A stretch of DNA of 64,000 nt, taken from the IMG/VR virus record IMGVR_UViG_3300013901_000008, positions 32,001 through 96,000 of that record. One strand, given 5' to 3'. The notes under the pieces are model-generated. The model did no database searches. It was not told where the DNA came from and worked only from the letters and a program-made list of their open reading frames with translations. Of this stretch, positions 20,776-30,146 are shown piece after piece. The stretch's first letter is position 1; each line of letters opens with the position of its first letter. Source of the stretch: a virus. Lineage: Duplodnaviria; Caudoviricetes. The translations under genes and the position numbers were made by a program.

Positions 20776-20819
20776 GGATATTTCACTGATATTTCACGGA
20801 TATTTCATGGATATTTCAT
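20776..20819. repeat. 4 x 11-bp tandem repeat (GGATATTTCAY)
   Basis: ggatatttcac tgatatttcac ggatatttcat ggatatttcat. Confidence 0.85.
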
Positions 20820-20875
20820 GGTTGCTTCACATCCCCTGCTTATTTTGTGCGACAAAATTATAATACAAATTAAAT

Positions 20876-21406
20876 ATGAGAATAATAACAATAGTAGGTC
20901 CCAGTGGGGCTGGCAAAGATACGGTGGCAACGATGTTGTCTTCCATCCTTAATTACGAGGTGATATGCTCTTATACCACTCGTCCGATGCGTGAGGGCGA
21001 GGTGGAAGGCAGGGAGCATCACTTTGTAAAGCATTGTCCTTACCTTCCTGAAGATAAGGAAGTGTTGGCTTACACCCGATATGGCGACTACGAATATTGG
21101 ACGGAAGTGAAGCAAGTATGGGGCACCGTTATCTATGTTATCGACGAGAAAGGCTTGATGAACTTGATGGAGAAGTTTCCGAAAGCGGAAATCATCGCCA
21201 TCTATGTGTCGGCGAAGCCCGAAACCATACGCAAGAGAGGCATCGCCGATGAGCGAACAGACAGAGACCAGTATCGCATTAAGTTTGACATCAATAGCTA
21301 CGATTATTTTATCCCAAATAATCGTTCGATGTTTCATCTTTGGGATTGGGTCTCCTTTGTGGCAAAGAAGATACGTGAGCGGGAACTTGGTATTCCCTGC
21401 AAATAA
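20876..21406 (+). CDS. gmk: guanylate kinase-like protein
   Basis: P-loop GPSGAGKDT and SYTTRPMREGEVEGREHHFV. Confidence 0.85.
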   Translation: MRIITIVGPSGAGKDTVATMLSSILNYEVICSYTTRPMREGEVEGREHHFVKHCPYLPEDKEVLAYTRYGDYEYWTEVKQVWGTVIYVIDEKGLMNLMEKFPKAEIIAIYVSAKPETIRKRGIADERTDRDQYRIKFDINSYDYFIPNNRSMFHLWDWVSFVAKKIRERELGIPCK

Positions 21407-21474
21407 GTAGGGATGCCGAATAAGCAAATGAATGATATACCGACTCAATAATAAGTTAAAATATACGATAAGAA

Positions 21475-22371
21475 ATGAAAATGATTATTCCAGGCGTGGA
21501 GTGGTGGCCGCAGAAGACCGCTGCACAGCAAATCGCCAAAGTGGGCAGAATCTGCTACAAAAGCAAAGGCAAGGAGCCTGATGCAGATATGCCCGAAGAC
21601 AAGAAAGAAGAGTTTCTTGAGGAACAGGCTACCGAGCTTTCCAACCGATTTTGGAAGAGTGGGCATCGTTCGACGTATCGCCATGGCACGCTCTATTTCT
21701 TCATCAAGAACAGTAACCAGCTACCAAGGGACGTTTGGGCTTTCTTAGTTTCATCACCCTACATTAACTATAATGTAAAGGATCGCAAAGTGTGGATTTC
21801 TGCCAATATGCAGTTTCTTTGCGAGCATGGCAATGTGCTCCAGATGCTTTCTCCCTACAATGTCAAGGAAGAGGAGTTTATCGAGAAGGCGAAGAAATAT
21901 GATTACTTGGAGGCTCTTTGGCTCCTTCGTATGACGATGGTGGTAACTACCCAGATAAGCACCAGCCGAGAGCTGAACCGTACATCGCCTAACTGCATCA
22001 GCGAGCAGAGCACTCGCTATGTGAATATGGAGAAAAAGGGTGGCGTGCAGATAGCCAAGCCTCACTGGTATCATGATGGTAGTCGATGGCAGAAGTTTCT
22101 CTTCAAGCTTAGCTGCAAGGTGAGCGAGTGGGCATATTTGCGATTGCTGAAGAGCGGAATGAAGCCGCAAGATGCAAGGGGTGTTCTTCCGCTAGACTGC
22201 TATACGGTGGTGGCTTATACCTACGACCTCACCGAGTGGAAACATATCCTGGACCTTCGATTCCATGAGACCACTGGCAAAGCTCATCCTAACGCTAAGA
22301 TGATAGGTACTTTGATACATAATATCATCGTGGAACGTATGCAGCAGTACATTTCAGATTTTAAGATATAA
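21475..22371 (+). CDS. thyX: FAD-dependent thymidylate synthase ThyX (variant motif)
   Basis: GRICYKS, SGHRS, EQSTRY, PQDARGVLP and WKHILDLR...AHP motifs. Confidence 0.8.
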   Translation: MKMIIPGVEWWPQKTAAQQIAKVGRICYKSKGKEPDADMPEDKKEEFLEEQATELSNRFWKSGHRSTYRHGTLYFFIKNSNQLPRDVWAFLVSSPYINYNVKDRKVWISANMQFLCEHGNVLQMLSPYNVKEEEFIEKAKKYDYLEALWLLRMTMVVTTQISTSRELNRTSPNCISEQSTRYVNMEKKGGVQIAKPHWYHDGSRWQKFLFKLSCKVSEWAYLRLLKSGMKPQDARGVLPLDCYTVVAYTYDLTEWKHILDLRFHETTGKAHPNAKMIGTLIHNIIVERMQQYISDFKI

Positions 22372-22432
22372 TTCTTTCCAATTTGAAAAAGATTGGAAAA
22401 TATTACAATAGATAGAAAATAACGCAAATAAA

Positions 22433-22822
22433 ATGGCAAATATTACAATGAATGAATATCAGGAAAAGGCAATGTCAACTTGCCTTCCTGAAAGCGACAA
22501 TCTTTTTTATATGTTGGCTAACCTTGCAGGTGAGGTTGGCGAGTTTGCATCCAAGGCTGGTAAGCACATGCGCAAGGGCAAACTTCATATCACAACCATC
22601 GAGAGAGACGAGGAAGGCCATATCCGCCATACCCAGGTATGGAATGTAACCGACGAAGAGCGAAAACTGATGCTTTCTGAAATCGGCGATATTCTTTGGC
22701 AGACCGCTGGCTTGGCTCATGTGATGGGCGTATCGCTCGAAGATGTGGCAGAAGAGAACTTGGCTAAGCTCGCTTCTCGTAAGCAACGCAATGTAATAGC
22801 TGGAGAAGGAGATGAACGCTAA
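22433..22822 (+). CDS. MazG-like nucleotide pyrophosphohydrolase
   Basis: LAGEVGE...SEIGDILW...NLAKLASRKQRNVI. Confidence 0.85.
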   Translation: MANITMNEYQEKAMSTCLPESDNLFYMLANLAGEVGEFASKAGKHMRKGKLHITTIERDEEGHIRHTQVWNVTDEERKLMLSEIGDILWQTAGLAHVMGVSLEDVAEENLAKLASRKQRNVIAGEGDER

Positions 22823-22983
22823 TGCCACGCCGTATCAATAAAGATTGCCCATTCACAGCCGAGGAAATCGACGAGTTTCACGCTATGCTTTATAGCGTGA
22901 ATTGCTCGTTCAATTGTGCGAACCCAGCACCTGCATCTTGGCTAAAGGGCTATCAAAACCATCATAGTCGGACGAAAGGATAA
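22822..22983 (+). CDS. small hypothetical protein (53 aa), absent from the ORF track
   Basis: TAATG coupling to mazG; begins MPRRINKDCPFTAEEIDEFHAMLYSVNCSFNCANP. Confidence 0.5.
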   Translation: MPRRINKDCPFTAEEIDEFHAMLYSVNCSFNCANPAPASWLKGYQNHHSRTKG

Positions 22984-23072
22984 ACTTTCTATAAGGGCTA
23001 TTATGGTAAATAGAGGATTTATAGAGTAAAAATCGGGGTGTCTTCGGGCATCCCCACCAATAGGAAATAACT

Positions 23073-24074
23073 ATGTCGAAGAACAATAAAAAGAATAAAA
23101 ACAAGCAGGAAGCCAAACAGGAGGCAGAGGCAAGACGTGAGGCGAAAATCAAGATGCAGCCTACTTGCTATACCTTCAACTTCAAAGATGTACCTATCGA
23201 GACGTATGCCAAGACGTTGGATCTCCTTTTCCACGACCCCGACTTCGTGGAAATGGTTCAGAAGCGCAACAACCTGGTGAATACCGCCGCGCGTATCAAT
23301 CCGCTTTCGGCTGAAATGCAAAACTTGGTACGTACTATCCAGCAGCGAGACCGCAAGTTGGCTGATATGCTCTTTGCCATCTTGGTGCAGAGCAACCTTC
23401 GCTCGGAGGTAACGTTCGATTTCCTCTCGTTCAATCACCTACTGCAGTATTATGTAGATTATAGCAAGGAAGGTATGCAAGAGCGAGTAAACAAACTATC
23501 CGCCAACCTGGATAAAATGACGTTTTTGGCTGATATGCTGGAGTCATTGCTGACCGACATCAAGGCAGATATGCGAGATGTATTCGGCGGTGGCATCGAG
23601 TTTAACCAGTTTGATGCAGTGGCACAGGTGATGCAGCAGCTTCGAGGTTATTTCAATTCGGCTCGCTCCAAGGATGATAGTAGTCCGGAAGCCCAGTTGT
23701 ACTTCGACTATGCGGATAGCATCAACGAGTATCTGGATAAGCGATTGAAGACCTACAGCGACAAATATCGCAAACTGAAGCCGATGATACCATCTTACAC
23801 CAAGGAGCAGATGGTGGAAGCCATCAATCTCTTCTTTGGTACCAAGGATAAGTTTGATGAAACCTACATCGGTCATACAGAGAATGGCGGTTGCTATATC
23901 GACGCTGTGCGCCTCGCCTTCAATCTCTCGCCAAGCGAGACCAAGCTTCTCGATGATGTGATGAAGAAAGCCAAGTGCAAAGTGGATGCCACCAAGGATG
24001 CGCTCAACTACTCTCTCCAGGTATCAGATGCCATCATGCTCTGCTATAAGATGAGCAAGAAGCCGAAGAAGTAA
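23073..24074 (+). CDS. hypothetical helical protein
   Basis: 333-aa ORF. Confidence 0.7.
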   Translation: MSKNNKKNKNKQEAKQEAEARREAKIKMQPTCYTFNFKDVPIETYAKTLDLLFHDPDFVEMVQKRNNLVNTAARINPLSAEMQNLVRTIQQRDRKLADMLFAILVQSNLRSEVTFDFLSFNHLLQYYVDYSKEGMQERVNKLSANLDKMTFLADMLESLLTDIKADMRDVFGGGIEFNQFDAVAQVMQQLRGYFNSARSKDDSSPEAQLYFDYADSINEYLDKRLKTYSDKYRKLKPMIPSYTKEQMVEAINLFFGTKDKFDETYIGHTENGGCYIDAVRLAFNLSPSETKLLDDVMKKAKCKVDATKDALNYSLQVSDAIMLCYKMSKKPKK

Positions 24075-24137
24075 GCCGCCCCCTCATTCTTCATCATAAA
24101 TTATAAATTATTCATTATAAATTATAAATTATTCCTC

Positions 24138-24869
24138 ATGCCGAACATATACCTTCGCCTCCCCACGTCTCGATGCCAGTTCTTCAGACACCGAGACCCG
24201 AACTACATCTTGCAGCGAGAAGAGCCTGTGATATTCAATGCTTATACCCACGAGCATTTCATTATGCGCAATTCGCTCATCAACGCCCCTGCCCGAAGCA
24301 ACCGCATCGACATGGCTTGCTTCTCGCAACAGCAATGGTGCAATATGCTGGTGGGCAAGCATCCAGCAGGAGGCAAGGCTATCGTGACACGCGACGAGCG
24401 AAGCTGGCTCACCTATAACGAGGTACAGCGACTCAATGGTCGTAAGGACATTGCCAAGGGTGTCAACGAGGATTATCTTTGCATTCGCCTGCCCAGCGAA
24501 GTGGAGATAGTAGATACCGTCTATCCCGTGAAGCCTACCTTCAATCTCGATACCCATGGCATCAGAGCATTGGTTGTGTCGCTCAACAATGAGTTTAAGC
24601 GCAGCTTGGTAGAATGGGCTTTATCTACCTTTGATTTTTGCACGTCAAGAGGCAAGGTTATCGCTCGCTCGCAGAACGCTATGCTGGAGCGGTATTTGAT
24701 GCGCTACGGTATCGAACCCAGCGAAGAGGAAAAATGCGTATTACGCCGTATCATTGGCAGATGGTTCCGCACCGAACACTGTTATTTCAAGGCTTACTCC
24801 TGTATGGATATGCAGTACGAGGATAGCCGAGATAAGGTAAAACGCATAGATGCGATACAGTGGGTATAA
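24138..24869 (+). CDS. hypothetical protein (candidate late-gene regulator by position)
   Basis: 243-aa basic ORF at the end of the early operon, before the head genes. Confidence 0.5.
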   Translation: MPNIYLRLPTSRCQFFRHRDPNYILQREEPVIFNAYTHEHFIMRNSLINAPARSNRIDMACFSQQQWCNMLVGKHPAGGKAIVTRDERSWLTYNEVQRLNGRKDIAKGVNEDYLCIRLPSEVEIVDTVYPVKPTFNLDTHGIRALVVSLNNEFKRSLVEWALSTFDFCTSRGKVIARSQNAMLERYLMRYGIEPSEEEKCVLRRIIGRWFRTEHCYFKAYSCMDMQYEDSRDKVKRIDAIQWV

Positions 24870-24943
24870 GTTTATTCATGTTATAATAGACGTTAATACG
24901 CAATATAAACAATGTTAAACTATTAAGAAATCAAGGAAACGAT

Positions 24944-25432
24944 ATGAAAATACCCGAAAGTTGTAGAGAAATATTTCTCGATGGCATCACGGATGCCTAT
25001 TTCTATTCGATGCAAGATAGCACCATCCCTATCCCATCCAGTATGCCACGTATCTTGCAGATAAATGGCTGCAAGTTTGCTGGCGAAGCCCTACATATCT
25101 CGTTGAGCGAGGGCGACAATTATGTGGTGGCGGATAGCATCACTGCCAAGCAGACATCTTCGGAGGCTGGCAATGGTACCGTCTTCTCGTTCGAGATAAC
25201 CGCCAATATCGAGGCTGGCAAGGAGAATATTGCCGAAATCAGTAAGAATATGCACGGAAAAGACTATTATATAGTCCTGCGGAAGCAAGATGATTCGCTC
25301 TATCTCTGTTATACGTTAGCCAACACCTTCGCTTTCGCTGACAGCAGGACACATCAAAACAATGCCGAAACGTGCAGCGTGACGGCTACCTGCAAGGCGA
25401 TGTCGGAGTATATCCCTATCACCATTGGATAG
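24944..25432 (+). CDS. hypothetical protein, possibly structural (beta-rich)
   Basis: 162-aa ORF upstream of the prohead protease. Confidence 0.55.
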   Translation: MKIPESCREIFLDGITDAYFYSMQDSTIPIPSSMPRILQINGCKFAGEALHISLSEGDNYVVADSITAKQTSSEAGNGTVFSFEITANIEAGKENIAEISKNMHGKDYYIVLRKQDDSLYLCYTLANTFAFADSRTHQNNAETCSVTATCKAMSEYIPITIG

Positions 25433-25495
25433 CTTGCAATCCCATTTTCAGATATATCTATATAAACTTTGTGGAAAAAATTCCATTGTTTCATT

Positions 25496-25528
25496 GCCCT
25501 GCCGACCGTGAGGTTAGCAGGGCTTTTT
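25496..25528 (+). terminator. intrinsic terminator
   Basis: GCCCTGCCGACC-GTGA-GGTTAGCAGGGC followed by TTTTT. Confidence 0.75.
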
Positions 25529-25567
25529 CGTTTATATACATTCCTTATATCCCTTATATAGCCTATT

Positions 25568-25604
25568 TTTGTCCCTATCTCGAAAGTAAAAAGCCTTACC
25601 TTTG
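25568..25604 (+). promoter_or_regulatory. late promoter (protease/capsid/tail tube operon)
   Basis: TTTGTCCC-N21-TACCTTTG. Confidence 0.75.
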
Positions 25605-25696
25605 CCCACAGAAAAAGCGAAACATTCTTAGGTAAAAAGAATTGTTTTCAAGGATAACAGCAAACATACATTAATATTAAACTTTTGATTCTCCAC

Positions 25697-27376
25697 ATGA
25701 AAGGACTTTTAGAAATCCTTACCGAAAAGAAGTGGATGGTATCGCCAACCTTTGTGCATGGCATCAAGAAAGCCTTGGAGCAGAACCTGAATACCCATGC
25801 GGTATTCGAGAAGCCCGAAAGGACTTGTGGTTTCGTCAAGGAGACACTTCCTGATGGTGCGATGATTTATCCGGAGGAATATCAGATTTCCGAGGATGGC
25901 AAGCTGGTACGTGGCAACTGGGCTTTGGATGAGGACGACCTTCAGACGTTCCCATTCGTGAGCGTGCTCACCGTGGATGGTCCTATCACTCGCAATGGCG
26001 GTGGTTGCTCGTATGGCAGCATCGACCATCGAGACATGATGATCCGTGCGGCCAATCATCCGCTCTGTCGAGGTCACATCTTTATCATCAATACGCCTGG
26101 TGGTTCGGCTTGGGCTAAGAACGATTATCAGCAAGCCATCGAGTATGCCCGTTCCTTGGGTCAGCCAGTTATCGCCTTCGTAGATGGCATGTGTGCCAGC
26201 GCAGGTATGTACCTCGCTTCTCTTTGCGACGAGCGATACTACATGCACCCGAAAGACGAAATCGGTTGCATCGGTGTGATGGCAGCATTCTACACCCAGG
26301 CAGATGGTAGCAAAAACCAGTTTACGGATGAGACCTACCACGAGTTGTACGACCCTGAGAGTTTCGACAAGAACCGTGAGTTCCGTGATATAGCCAACGA
26401 TGGCAACACCAAGGCACTCGTAAAAGAACTTGCCGAGTTGGGCGTGGAATTTAGAGCCGACGTTAAAGCGGCTTGCCCTAACGCCAAGGATGAGCATCTA
26501 CACGGAAAGATATTCGATGCAGAAAAGGTAAAGGGTATCTTGATGGACGACCAGAGTGATTTCTTCTCTTGCGTACATCGTTGCTTCGACATCTACGATG
26601 GTAAGGCAGAACCTATCAGCCGTGAGGCTCCCGATGAGCCGGAAGACGAGCCAAGTAGCGACCCAGCCGAAGACCCTAACAAGGCTTCTTCTCGAAAACA
26701 GGATAACAACAATTCTAAACTCAATATCAATATGGCAAACTATCCACTTATCAGTGCTGCCTTGTGTCTGAAAGATGGTGATTTGGCAGTTAAGGAGGAT
26801 GGCGCATTTATGAATGCCCCTCTTCTCGATACGCTCGAAGCACATCTTAACACAACCAAGCAGCAGGTAGTCGATGCACAGCAGAAGGCTACCCAGGCAG
26901 AGCAGAGTCTTGCCGACTTGCAGGCTAAACTCGATGCAGCCAACGCGCAGATAGCAGAAGCTAAGAATGCACAGACGGTGGCTGAAAAAGCACTCGCCGA
27001 TGCAAACCAGGCTCACGCTAAGGCAATCGAAAATCTCAACACCGAGCATTCTGATGCCCTCGCCAAAAAAGACGAGACTATCGCCAAGAAGGACGAGGAA
27101 ATCAAAAATCTTACTTCCGACAAGGCTAAGGCTGACGAGGAGTTGAAGGGTGCAAAGGATGCACTCGCCACCGCCGAGCAGACCATCGCCGACAAGGATG
27201 CACAGATCAAGGCTCTCGGCGAGGATGCAGGTGAGGCACCTGATGCAGGTGCGGCTCCTGAGAACAATGGCGAGGGTGCAAAGGTTCAGACTCTCCGTGA
27301 GTTCGACCCATCTCCTTACAAGACCAACAAGGAACGTAAGGAAGCATTCGAGCGTTACAAGCGTGGTGAGGAGTAA
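25697..27376 (+). CDS. S49 (ClpP/SppA-like) prohead protease fused to a coiled-coil scaffold
   Basis: INTPGG, DGMCASAGMYLAS and IGCIGV motifs; C-terminal Ala/Lys/Glu coiled coil. ATG at 25697 preferred over TTG at 25685. Confidence 0.88.
   Translation: MKGLLEILTEKKWMVSPTFVHGIKKALEQNLNTHAVFEKPERTCGFVKETLPDGAMIYPEEYQISEDGKLVRGNWALDEDDLQTFPFVSVLTVDGPITRNGGGCSYGSIDHRDMMIRAANHPLCRGHIFIINTPGGSAWAKNDYQQAIEYARSLGQPVIAFVDGMCASAGMYLASLCDERYYMHPKDEIGCIGVMAAFYTQADGSKNQFTDETYHELYDPESFDKNREFRDIANDGNTKALVKELAELGVEFRADVKAACPNAKDEHLHGKIFDAEKVKGILMDDQSDFFSCVHRCFDIYDGKAEPISREAPDEPEDEPSSDPAEDPNKASSRKQDNNNSKLNINMANYPLISAALCLKDGDLAVKEDGAFMNAPLLDTLEAHLNTTKQQVVDAQQKATQAEQSLADLQAKLDAANAQIAEAKNAQTVAEKALADANQAHAKAIENLNTEHSDALAKKDETIAKKDEEIKNLTSDKAKADEELKGAKDALATAEQTIADKDAQIKALGEDAGEAPDAGAAPENNGEGAKVQTLREFDPSPYKTNKERKEAFERYKRGEE
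26732..27376 (+). CDS. probable nested in-frame scaffold protein (MANYPLIS...)
   Basis: AT-rich leader with CAGGATAACA (26699) before an in-frame ATG that follows a disordered linker. Confidence 0.55.
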   Translation: MANYPLISAALCLKDGDLAVKEDGAFMNAPLLDTLEAHLNTTKQQVVDAQQKATQAEQSLADLQAKLDAANAQIAEAKNAQTVAEKALADANQAHAKAIENLNTEHSDALAKKDETIAKKDEEIKNLTSDKAKADEELKGAKDALATAEQTIADKDAQIKALGEDAGEAPDAGAAPENNGEGAKVQTLREFDPSPYKTNKERKEAFERYKRGEE

Positions 27377-27476
27377 GCACTCGTAGCTCCATCCCCCATC
27401 GGGTAATACTAAAGATTCAGTTTAAGCAAAAATTTTCTTTTCATTTTTTATTTAATTTTTAAAAGGATAACAAATT

Positions 27477-28772
27477 ATGGCAACAACTCCTAAAGATTTT
27501 ATCGGCAAAGATGCCCTTCAGCACGTTGCCGAGCAGGTAACTAAGGAAATCCTCATGGGTCCTGGTTATACTGATGCCGAGGAGATGGATCGCTTGGGCA
27601 TCGACATCGTGTCTGGTGTTCAGTACAAGCGTACCATCCACATCCTTCTCCGTAAGGGTGGTACCACTCGCCGTAAGGACGTTCATACCAAGGTGAACAG
27701 CGAGGTAGGTTTCCTCAAAGAGCGTACATTGACCGTGAAGCTCGCTTGGGACCATTATACCGACAATATCGACAAGTACTGCGAGACAGTATTTGGCACA
27801 GACGCACAGGGTCAGTACCCTCTCTCTACAGAGGCTGCTACCGCTATCCTTGCCAACTATGCCGACAACTTGACCGCTTGCTTGTGGAACGGTGATATTG
27901 ACCTCGACAAGGGCGAAGCAAGCACACCTGCATCCGACCAGGCTTTGGCTCTCTATGATGGTTTCCACACCTGTGTGAAGCACGACGTAGAGGACGGTCT
28001 TATCAGCGAGGCTAACGGCAACTTGATTCCTTGTGATGCAATCACAGAGCCTGCTGACAACAACGACTCTACTCCTTACGACAACTTCTTGGCTTGGCAC
28101 TTGAAGTGGGATGCACGTCTTCGCAAGCAGAATGTACTCGTTTACATGAGCGAGCAGACAGCCCAGTACATCGCAGCAGGTTACGCCAACAAGTTCCATG
28201 GCAACTTTAAGGTTGACTATGAGGACGGTGGTAACTTCAAGCTTCCTGGCTTGAGCCGTGTTACTATCTGCCCTATCGCAGACTTCGGCGAGGGTGATCG
28301 CATGTACGTAACCATCCCTAAGAACTTCGTTTATGCTGTTGACTCTGAGGGCAACCAGACCTACGTAGGCGTTAAGGTTGGCACCGACGACGATATGCGT
28401 GATATTCAGTTCCAGATTCAGTCAATCCAGGGTGCAGGTATTCGCAACCCATTCAAGTATGCGTTTGCGATGTCTGATGGCTCTCTTGCCAAGGCTGAGT
28501 ATGTGGCTGGCGATTACACCAACACCAAGTTGGTAGTAAACATCGTAGGCGACAAGGAAGGTACTGTTGATGGCGAGGTTAGTGTAAACGGCACTAAGTA
28601 CGAGGCTCCTGTAGATACATCTATCAACCAGGTTCTCTCTTTGGAGGCTAAGGATGGCACCAACTTCACATTCTCTCACTGGGAGAATGGTGACACCAAC
28701 AAGAAGCGTCAGATGATTGCCACCGGCATGAGTATGGGTGTTACAGCCTTCTTTAAGAAGGCTAACGGGTAA
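27477..28772 (+). CDS. major capsid protein with C-terminal InlB B-repeat/Ig-like domain
   Basis: Follows the protease; LWNGD and LYDGFHT motifs; C-terminal EAKDGTNFTFSHWENG. Confidence 0.8.
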   Translation: MATTPKDFIGKDALQHVAEQVTKEILMGPGYTDAEEMDRLGIDIVSGVQYKRTIHILLRKGGTTRRKDVHTKVNSEVGFLKERTLTVKLAWDHYTDNIDKYCETVFGTDAQGQYPLSTEAATAILANYADNLTACLWNGDIDLDKGEASTPASDQALALYDGFHTCVKHDVEDGLISEANGNLIPCDAITEPADNNDSTPYDNFLAWHLKWDARLRKQNVLVYMSEQTAQYIAAGYANKFHGNFKVDYEDGGNFKLPGLSRVTICPIADFGEGDRMYVTIPKNFVYAVDSEGNQTYVGVKVGTDDDMRDIQFQIQSIQGAGIRNPFKYAFAMSDGSLAKAEYVAGDYTNTKLVVNIVGDKEGTVDGEVSVNGTKYEAPVDTSINQVLSLEAKDGTNFTFSHWENGDTNKKRQMIATGMSMGVTAFFKKANG

Positions 28773-28808
28773 GTTTCGGCTTCTCCACAAACTCTAAATA
28801 AATCCTTT

Positions 28809-28862
28809 GGGCGGCGGATAGCTTGACTTGACGGAACACAGCTTCCGTCGCCCTTTTCTTTT
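28809..28862 (+). terminator. hairpin/terminator after the capsid gene
   Basis: GGGCGGCGGA...TCCGTCGCCC followed by a T-run. Confidence 0.6.
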
Positions 28863-28897
28863 CGTTTTTATTTGTTTGATTAAAAATTGATACAACT

Positions 28898-29455
28898 ATG
28901 GCAGATACAGTAACATGCCCCCAGCTCCACGATGTACTCAACGATGATGAGTGCTTGGAGAACCGCGCTGGTCTTGGCATTAACGTCTATATCGGATTGA
29001 AGAGTGAACTTTCCGCCCCCCTCACTGCTACGGAGAATGTCTATTCCACCCCATCCTTCCAGAGTGGAAAGGGTCTCTACAAGGTAGAGGGTAAGGATGA
29101 CGCGCAGCAGATTCAGGGTTCTTCCCTTGGTTATCGCAAGGGATTTGAACTTACTTGCAATTTCGCCATTGACTCTGTAAATGAGGCTGGTGGTAAGTTG
29201 GCTCGTGCAATCAATAACCGTGATATTTTTATTATCGTAAAGGATAACGAGAAGTCACAGATTATGTATGACCCTGACAAGAAGGTTAAGTTTGACTCAG
29301 GCGGCATTAAAACAGACACGGGAGCCAAAAGCGACGACGACCGTAGCACGACCTTCGAGGCAAAACTTTCGAGCGTAAATTATCCAAACCTTTACGTGAC
29401 TGAGCCTTCCGCTGGCGGTTGGGATTCCCTCTTGGCTTCTAAGGCGGGGGAATAG
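28898..29455 (+). CDS. major tail (tube) protein; possible -1 frameshift extension to 29613
   Basis: 185 aa after the capsid gene with a tube-like TDTGAKSDDDRSTTFE motif; ends GCG GGG GAA TAG. Confidence 0.7.
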   Translation: MADTVTCPQLHDVLNDDECLENRAGLGINVYIGLKSELSAPLTATENVYSTPSFQSGKGLYKVEGKDDAQQIQGSSLGYRKGFELTCNFAIDSVNEAGGKLARAINNRDIFIIVKDNEKSQIMYDPDKKVKFDSGGIKTDTGAKSDDDRSTTFEAKLSSVNYPNLYVTEPSAGGWDSLLASKAGE

Positions 29456-29666
29456 TAGGCGGAACTGATAAGAGCGACATTAATTCCGCCAACACACCGT
29501 CTTCGGATAGCGCAGCCGAGAATGCTGCATCCAAGCAGTCTTCTAAGTCGAGCGCAAAGAACGTAGCTTCCATCAATGATGAGACGGATACTCCCACTGA
29601 AGACGAAGAATAATCGCTCCCCGAAATTCTGATGGATTTCGATTGGCAATTTAAACTCATATTTCC

Positions 29667-29720
29667 AAAAGCCTCGGTATCGAGCCTTCTATGATGTAAG
29701 GCAAGGTATCGGGGCTTTTT
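29667..29720. terminator. terminator hairpin
   Basis: AAAAGCCTCGGTATC...GGTATCGGGGCTTTTT. Confidence 0.65.
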
Positions 29721-29772
29721 CTATGAATATATCCAAGATATAGCCAATAATGTATAATTTACGTTAAACGCT

Positions 29773-29870
29773 ATATCCCAAACATTATTTATATATCTAA
29801 AAATTTGCGTATATTATATTTATTTCTTAAATTTGCAGCCGAATTTAAATAATAAATATAACTGGGATAT
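29773..29870 (+). promoter_or_regulatory. early promoter with ATATCCCA boxes
   Basis: TTTG...TAAATTTG (29828-29835); ATATCCCAAA at 29773 and inverted TGGGATAT at 29863. Confidence 0.65.
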
Positions 29871-29897
29871 TTTCGTATAAGATACACAAAGACGAAT

Positions 29898-30059
29898 ATG
29901 GCAGTCAATTTGAAACATTGTTCCATGAAGCCAGATACCAAGCCATGCTGGGTATGTTTGCATGGTGCTCTCTGCATCGGTGGCTTATACTGCATGAAGC
30001 ACAAGCGATACATACAGTATCAAGATATAGCAGAATGCGAGGACAAAGAAATCGCATAA
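29898..30059 (+). CDS. small Cys-rich protein (53 aa), absent from the ORF track
   Basis: MAVNLKHCSMKPDTKPCWVCLHGALCIGGLYCMKHKRYIQY...; first gene after the promoter. Confidence 0.6.
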   Translation: MAVNLKHCSMKPDTKPCWVCLHGALCIGGLYCMKHKRYIQYQDIAECEDKEIA

Positions 30060-30146
30060 CACATCGTAGGCAATAAACGAACAATGGATGATAGATAATA
30101 AACAAATAAACAATAAACAACAGATAGTAAACAACAAATTACGACT

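Noticed and set aside
4914-29458. TAG stop-codon reassignment (code 15), as in some Prevotella phages
   Set aside because: Long genes are intact under the standard code. The TAGs at 4914 and 29453 are better explained by frameshifts, and read-through gives no meaningful sequence.
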